From Setoptus koraiensis (Eukaryota > Animalia > Arthropoda): 64,000 nt of DNA. Below the pieces are notes generated by a model. That model ran no database searches and was not told the DNA's origin. It was given only the letters and a program-made list of their open reading frames with translations. How positions within the stretch are numbered: position 1 is the first letter of the stretch; the number at the start of each line of letters is the position of its first letter. Positions 57,984 through 64,000 of the stretch are shown in pieces. Made by a program: the position numbers and the translations under genes. Where the stretch lies: NCBI GenBank assembly GCA_048013815.1, contig CM106585.1:10478001-10542000 (forward strand). The letters are read 5' to 3'.

Positions 57984-60900
57984 TGTTGTGGCTCGATACA
58001 CTTGCTGCTCGGCGTGGCATGCGTGCACAAAGTGTGGCGAGCTTCTGCAAGATTACACAACAAACACCCTCGCCGTTGCTCGGGGCCCGCCATTGATGAT
58101 GATAATGAAAAGATGGTGTTGTTGCGGTGCCAACTGGCCAGCACTGCAGCGGCTGTTGGCGTCGTTGCCGCTGTCGTTGCCGCTGTTGCCGCTGTTGTAG
58201 CTGTTGTTGCCGCCGCTGTTGTTGCAGTTAGCTGGCCGCACCAAAATACAGCAACGGCCAAAATACACACATCATAACGTTGGCCGGCTAATAACGTTCG
58301 CTGCTGGCAAGCTCGCAAACGCAATTACACTGGCGCTCGATAACAACAACTTGTCAGTGCCAACTCCAGGCCATGGCGGCCAGCGCCACAGAGCTACACA
58401 GTGAGCCGGTCAGCAAAGGGCGCCAGCCCGAACGTTACGCAGGCCGCCCGCGCTTGTGAGTCCCGGCGCTCGCAAGTCCCGGCGCTCGCAAGTCCCGGCG
58501 CTTGTAAGTCGCGGCGCGGTCTCTTAGATCGCGCGCCGGGGCTTGCAACTTACTTGTTAGGTGACCAGTGACCGCTCTCTATCCACTAGAAAGTATCTGC
58601 GGTGCTAGCGTTACTGGTGGCGCCGGCAGCAAGCAGTAATGTTATGTATAGCCGGTGCAGTTGATATTCAATGAGTCAAGGATCCCGAGCGAAATGACAC
58701 AATGACGCACATCAATTGACAAGTGCAAGCCCGAAACAACAGCAACCTAGCGTATATATTTATTATGTAACAACAACCGAACAATGGCGGCCGCCAACAC
58801 AAACAACTTGACGACCTATTGTGTTGTCTCGTCAGACCGACAATGATACGACGGCAACATCGACGACAACACCGACGACGACAACAACAACAACACCGAC
58901 AACAACGACAACACCGACAATAACGACAACAACGACAAAATTAAGCCACAGCTAGCCCAGGGAATAGGTCGCGAACGTCGCTAGGCGCTCCGGCGGCAGT
59001 GGCCGCGTGTTTGTGTTTGCGCTCGCTGCGTTCGTGTGCCATATGGGAGCGCACAAACACGCGGGCGGGGCCAACAACCAAACAACATTGTGCAAACACA
59101 AACAAACAATGGGCCCTCGTCTGCTTGTTTCACAATGGGCTCGGCCCCACACTCGAACATGAGCGCCGTAAAGCATCAACAAGTATCGCACGCGGCCAGT
59201 GGTCAGTTTGCCGGTTGCAGCGGCCGCGAGCTGCACTTGTGACTGGCGAGTTGTGACTGGCGAGTTGCGACTGGCGAGTTGCGACTGGCGAGTTGGGGCC
59301 CGCCTGAGCTGCGGGCCTCAGCCTTACCGACGGCCAGTGTGCGTGTGTCAATAATAAAACGGGCCGCCGTGATGCCTGGCGACCTGACAGGCTGGCACCA
59401 GCAGCAGATGGCCGGCCAAGAGTGGGCATCAATTTAATATGCAAATTAAAACAGTTTGGCGTCGCTGGATAAATTGGCCTGTTTTGGCGCCGCGCAACAA
59501 ACTCGTTCGTGTGACGCTTTATTTCATCTGATCATCTGATCTGGCGAGCCGTCATGACCGATCCATTCTGTAATAATATCCATGGGTCAGCGACACAAAG
59601 CTATTGATGGAGACGCGCCGATTGCAGCTCCTGCTCCAATGCTCCAATGCTCCAATCTGACGCAATCTAGTGCCAAAATCTCTGGTCTGCTGGCCAGCAA
59701 ATGGCCGAGCCAGCGCTTCGCACGGCCGGCCAACAGCAAATCTTTTTGCCGCTCTGGCTTGTTGTTCATTTGCACAAGACGCTTGGCGGCTTCAGTTGGC
59801 GGCCGTGAGCCAAGTGGTCAGCGCAATCGATGCAATTGCAACTGACCATCATGCCAGACAATGTGTCAGCGAGTGACTGGCTGTCGCTCCGGCAGCGCCG
59901 ACAATGAATGAATCTCTCTCGTCAATTGGCTGCAAGCGGCCAATTGGCCTGCCCTAAGTGCACCGGCCACTGGGCAAGTGGCCGCAACCAGCCAGCCAGC
60001 CACTGCCGCTGCTGCAGCCAATTTAACATTACGTAACACAGTGTTGTGATAACGGTGTGTCATGTAATGTATCGGGCGGTCGGACAGTCGGGCGGTCGGA
60101 CACATGGACAGCTCGACAACGGCGGCCAAGCGAGTCAAGCGAGCCGGTTAGACGAGCCGAGGGTGAGTCGAGCCAAGTTGCGCATTGCGTAACAGACCTT
60201 GTTGTGCAACTTCGAAGCGTCGGATAGTCTCTGGCAGCCAGAGTCTCTGAAGGGAAGCGGCTCTTAGACGGTGTCTAGTTAACAATGGCGCAGCAGTTAC
60301 CACGACGGGCCATGCAAATTAAAATTTTGCACAAAGCAAACTGGAGCAAAAACAATGCCCAATGCCCCGGCTAACGTGCCCCCGGAGAGCTACGGCGAAT
60401 TGCTAGTAGAGATAATAGACGCGCTGCAAACAATGCGCCTTATTGGCCGCTGCCTATCGAGCCATTTGGCGAGCCAGCTTCTTGCGGGCTCGCCAAGATG
60501 TTGCGTGGGCTCGGCGGGGGCTGCAAGTTGGCGGCTGGGCGCGCCAGTGAAACCTCGCTCGGCGGAGCCGATGCGTCGAAGGCGCCCGAGCGAGCGCCCG
60601 AGCGACTTCAAATCAATCAAGCAAACAGTTATCAGCGCCGTTGCGTAACAGCGACACGCAACCAGCCAACAGGCAGCAAAATATCTCGCTGGAGTGGGCC
60701 CGAAAACAGCCGAATTAATACAACAACTCCTTTCGCTGGGGAGGCGAGCGGGTTAGCGTGATAAAAACTACAACAACATTACGCTATCTACATCAAAATC
60801 TGGCCCCAATCTCGCCAGACGTCCCGGCGGCAGCATCTTCTTCTGTCTTTATCTCGATAGCGTAGCGGCAGCTCTGACAGCTCAGCCGGTTTCGCAGCCA

Positions 60901-63417
60901 CGAACGCCGCCGCGGCCCCAGAAAATGTGAGTCGCAAGTTGAGAGCGTGCAAACTCTGCAAACTTGGCATGCACGAGTTGGCTGTGGTCTCGCCAGTGTT
61001 GCCAATAATGGCGAGGCGCAATTAGAGCAACAATAATAGTAATAATAATAATAATAGTCATACTAACAAGACTCGATGAGCTGAGATGAAGCTTGTTTGC
61101 ACGATTATGGGGCCCGCTTTTGATTAGGCGCGCGCTGCGTTCACGCGCGTCTTAGCGGCGCCTTAACGGGCCCCCGATATTTAATTCAAGCGTCGTCTAA
61201 TGATCGCCGGCCCGCATTTTGGGGCCGCGCCTAGGCTGGCCCGCGTGATCCAGAGAAGCGAGCAGCCAGAGCACCAAAAAGCCAATTTATTGCCGCCCGC
61301 TCGCCAGAGCAACATTGCTAACATTGCTCTGGGCTGTTTATTGGGTTGTTTGGCCCGCTGCGAGGGAGATATTTTGCTGGGGCCAACAGTCAAGTGTTAA
61401 GCACGTTCCGATTTTGCTTGCGCCTGATCGGGCCGCGAGGGGCCCGATTCAATGAGGCGTTGCGAGGCATCATCGGATCTATCAATGCAAGTCTCGCATA
61501 CAAGTCTGCGTATTACGAGGGCCATTTATTGCGCCAGCTCAACAGTGGGCCAATCGGAACAAAGCTAGCTGGCTCTTGTTGGGCCGTCTGACAGTTTTAC
61601 AGAGTTTTAGAGCCCAATCTGACTGGGCTAATTAGTGGTCTCGTTGAAAGCGGAAGTGGCAGCCAGGTAGACAGGGCCGGCGTTGTTTGGGAAGTGTGGG
61701 CCGCCGAATCGATTCGAAGCGGAGATTGTCGTCTCGGCAGGGCACAATTTAGCACAATTGTTATTATAAAAACGTGGGCCCAAACGCACACACAAAACCA
61801 AAATAAACTACTCAAAACTGGTGTGCGAGATTTGCGTCTGGCACGCACGTGGCAGTTCGCGGAAGCTGGGCCGGTTGCCACGAGCACAGCTTCCGCGAAC
61901 TCGAATTCGAACGGCAATTCGAAGAGGCCCCGCGCGGGCAGTGCAATGGGTTCATTGTTTTCGCTGATATCTCATCAGCGATCCGTCACTGTGTCCCAGT
62001 GGCGAGTCGCTAGCGCCGGCAGGGTCGTCTCCATTTGCTGCACGTTATTCAACTCAATATAGAACTCAATTCGAGCGCTCGAATCCCCCTTCGAATTGGT
62101 TGCATCGCTAATCGGCACTGAAAATACGCAAACAGCCAGCCGCGTATTATGGATATTGTGGGCACAGCGACGATGGGGCCCGTCGGACGGAACAACAAAT
62201 TCAAAATCAATTTAGTTAATTATAGCGTGCGCGCGGGCCCCAGTGAGCGACTCGCCAGTATCGGTCGCCTGTCTCAATCAGATAGTGCGTTGGTTGCGCG
62301 TCTTGCTGGCTGCGTCGCGCCGACTATTAATAAAATTGTGCGACAAGTAAATTGGCAATGGTAATATTATCTTTATTATAAACAGGCGAGCCCGTTTTAA
62401 TTTGCGTCTGCTCGATGCCGAGGCTGTCTAACAAACACACCGGGCGCCCCAACGCGATCGCTGGGCGCATACTCGGACGGTGGGCGCGTACGCGCGCGGT
62501 GGGCCGACCGACGGGCCGTGGCGCTGTTAGGCGAGCGAGCGCCATTTGCACTGAGCCGCTTGGACTCGAAAGATTAGGGGCCCGCTTGTTGGGGCGCAAT
62601 TAGGCGCGCCAATAATCAGCTCTAAAACGCAGCTTCGAGGGCGCTGTCGGAGGCACTGCAAACAGCGATTTGCAGGCCGGGAGGCGGGGGGGGGGTACGG
62701 TTAGCCGGTCGCGCGGCTTTGCGACAACAGACTGTGTCGCCAACAGAGACAATGGAGCGTCTTATTGTCCATGTCTAATCTCACCACTGCCACTGCCACT
62801 AATCTATTCAAGCGGCTCGGCGGGCGCCCATTGTTTGTTGAGCGCCCGCCGCTCTGCTGAGCGGGGCGCTGAAAATTTATCCGCTGGCCTTTTTGAATGA
62901 TGACAAACAAGCATTGTGTGTGTCACCAATTTAGTTGGCTGCCCGAGCTGCTCAGTCAAAGGTTGACTGCTCGCCGGGTCCCGTCATCGGGGCCGCTTGT
63001 TTGACGGCTGCAAACAGCGACCCCTGTCAACCGGGCCCGGCTAATAGCGATCAATAGCTGAAAAGCGAACGTTGGGGCGACGGGCGACGGGGGGATAATC
63101 TCTAGCGGCAGCTCTATTTAAATGCGATATCCGCGTTTAAAGTGCGCACATCCGCACAACGAGCGCTTGTGCTCGTTCGCGATAAACTGTCCCCCACCGG
63201 CCCGTTTGTTTGTGCTCCGTTTTGCACTGCGGGCGCTTGTTACGTAGCGCACCAAATGTTACGTTGATGCTGTCGCCGGCCGCCTCATTAGGTCTGCGCG
63301 GCTCGGCGCGGCGGGCTCCCGCGACCGACGGCCCGCGACTCGGAGCAGCCGCTCGCTCCATGCTACGTAGCGCAGCATCCCGATGTTACGTAACGCTGCA
63401 TCGCGATGTTACGTAAC
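56378..63417. promoter_or_regulatory. Cluster of TTAYGTAA (PAR-bZIP/NFIL3-type) sites at 56378, 56678, 57913, 58762, 60028, 63385, 63408
   Basis: Motifs read directly: GTTATGTAAG, GTTATGTAAT, GTTACGTAAC (three copies), ATTATGTAAC, ATTACGTAAC. Function is inferred. Confidence 0.35.
59237..59295. repeat. 14-bp tandem repeat TTGYGACTGGCGAG, 4 copies
   Basis: Read directly from the sequence. Confidence 0.9.
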
Positions 63418-64000
63418 GCAGTATCGCCATGTCAGTTGACAAACTGACATTCGGTGCGCCAGCCGAGCGCCCAGTGTATGCATATAATGAGTAGTCATAG
63501 CTGATTGAAAAACGATAATAACCAGCCAATATCGCAATATGCCCGCCACGTCACATGACGCTCGCCCATGTTGACTGTTGGCCTTTGATTAAAAAGCGGC
63601 GCCCCCATCGGGCCCGTCGGCTGACTGGCGCCGCCGCCCGCCGCTCGCCGCCTATCGCCCTGGCGGCCAATGGCGCCTCCTTATGGGGCTTATGGCGGCA
63701 GTATGTCGACAGTTTGCATAGTGCTAGTGCGCATACCGGCCCGCAATGGTGAATGGTGGCCAGCCACGGGTACTGATAGCGGCGATATTACGCAACAAGC
63801 GACCATTCTACTGGCCCGGCCACAAACAGGCGCCGAGCCAGTCGACGGGCTGCTCGTCACTTATCGTCGGCTTATCGATCTTGTCGGCCGCTGTCGCGTT
63901 TGCCGCCCGCCGACGGTCAGCCGACTCGTGCCCGAGTTGGCCCGCTCGCTGACGCCCGCCTGACGAACAAGCGCTGAACGGGCACCGAACGCCCGAGCCC

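Noticed and set aside
57100-64000. Dozens of 60-130 aa ORFs on both strands
   Set aside because: These are expected in GC-rich non-coding DNA with few stop codons; no domains or consistent exon chains were found.

Overview
This is eukaryotic arthropod DNA. A compact-genome mite is my inference from the short GT-AG introns (mostly 80-170 nt), the tight gene packing and the chelicerate-like orthologues. I recognised no rRNA, tRNA, CRISPR array or intact transposon. The window has four parts. (1) 1-16 kb is relatively GC-rich and full of (CAA)n tracts. It carries an intronless GMC oxidoreductase, a highly divergent ZIP/SLC39 transporter and phosphorylase kinase beta. (2) 17.6-29.7 kb is an AT-rich, densely packed housekeeping block: SLMAP, mRpL54, SH3BGR, Tfb5/GTF2H5 followed 58 nt later by ZNHIT1/Swc6, USP5 and ceramide kinase. 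(3) 36-47 kb is the most novel part. It holds five spliced orphan genes, each beginning with a signal-peptide exon and encoding a secreted low-complexity or amphipathic-repeat protein, and all 10 predicted introns are phase 1. A cryptic insulin/relaxin-like peptide gene follows, visible only after splicing. (4) 47-64 kb holds a C-terminally truncated KDM5, a GPI-anchored 3-Ig DIP/lachesin-like gene, and a long GC-rich upstream region enriched in TTAYGTAA (PAR-bZIP-type) sites. Exon structures were assembled by hand from splice signals and reading frame. Family calls come from remembered motifs, not database searches.
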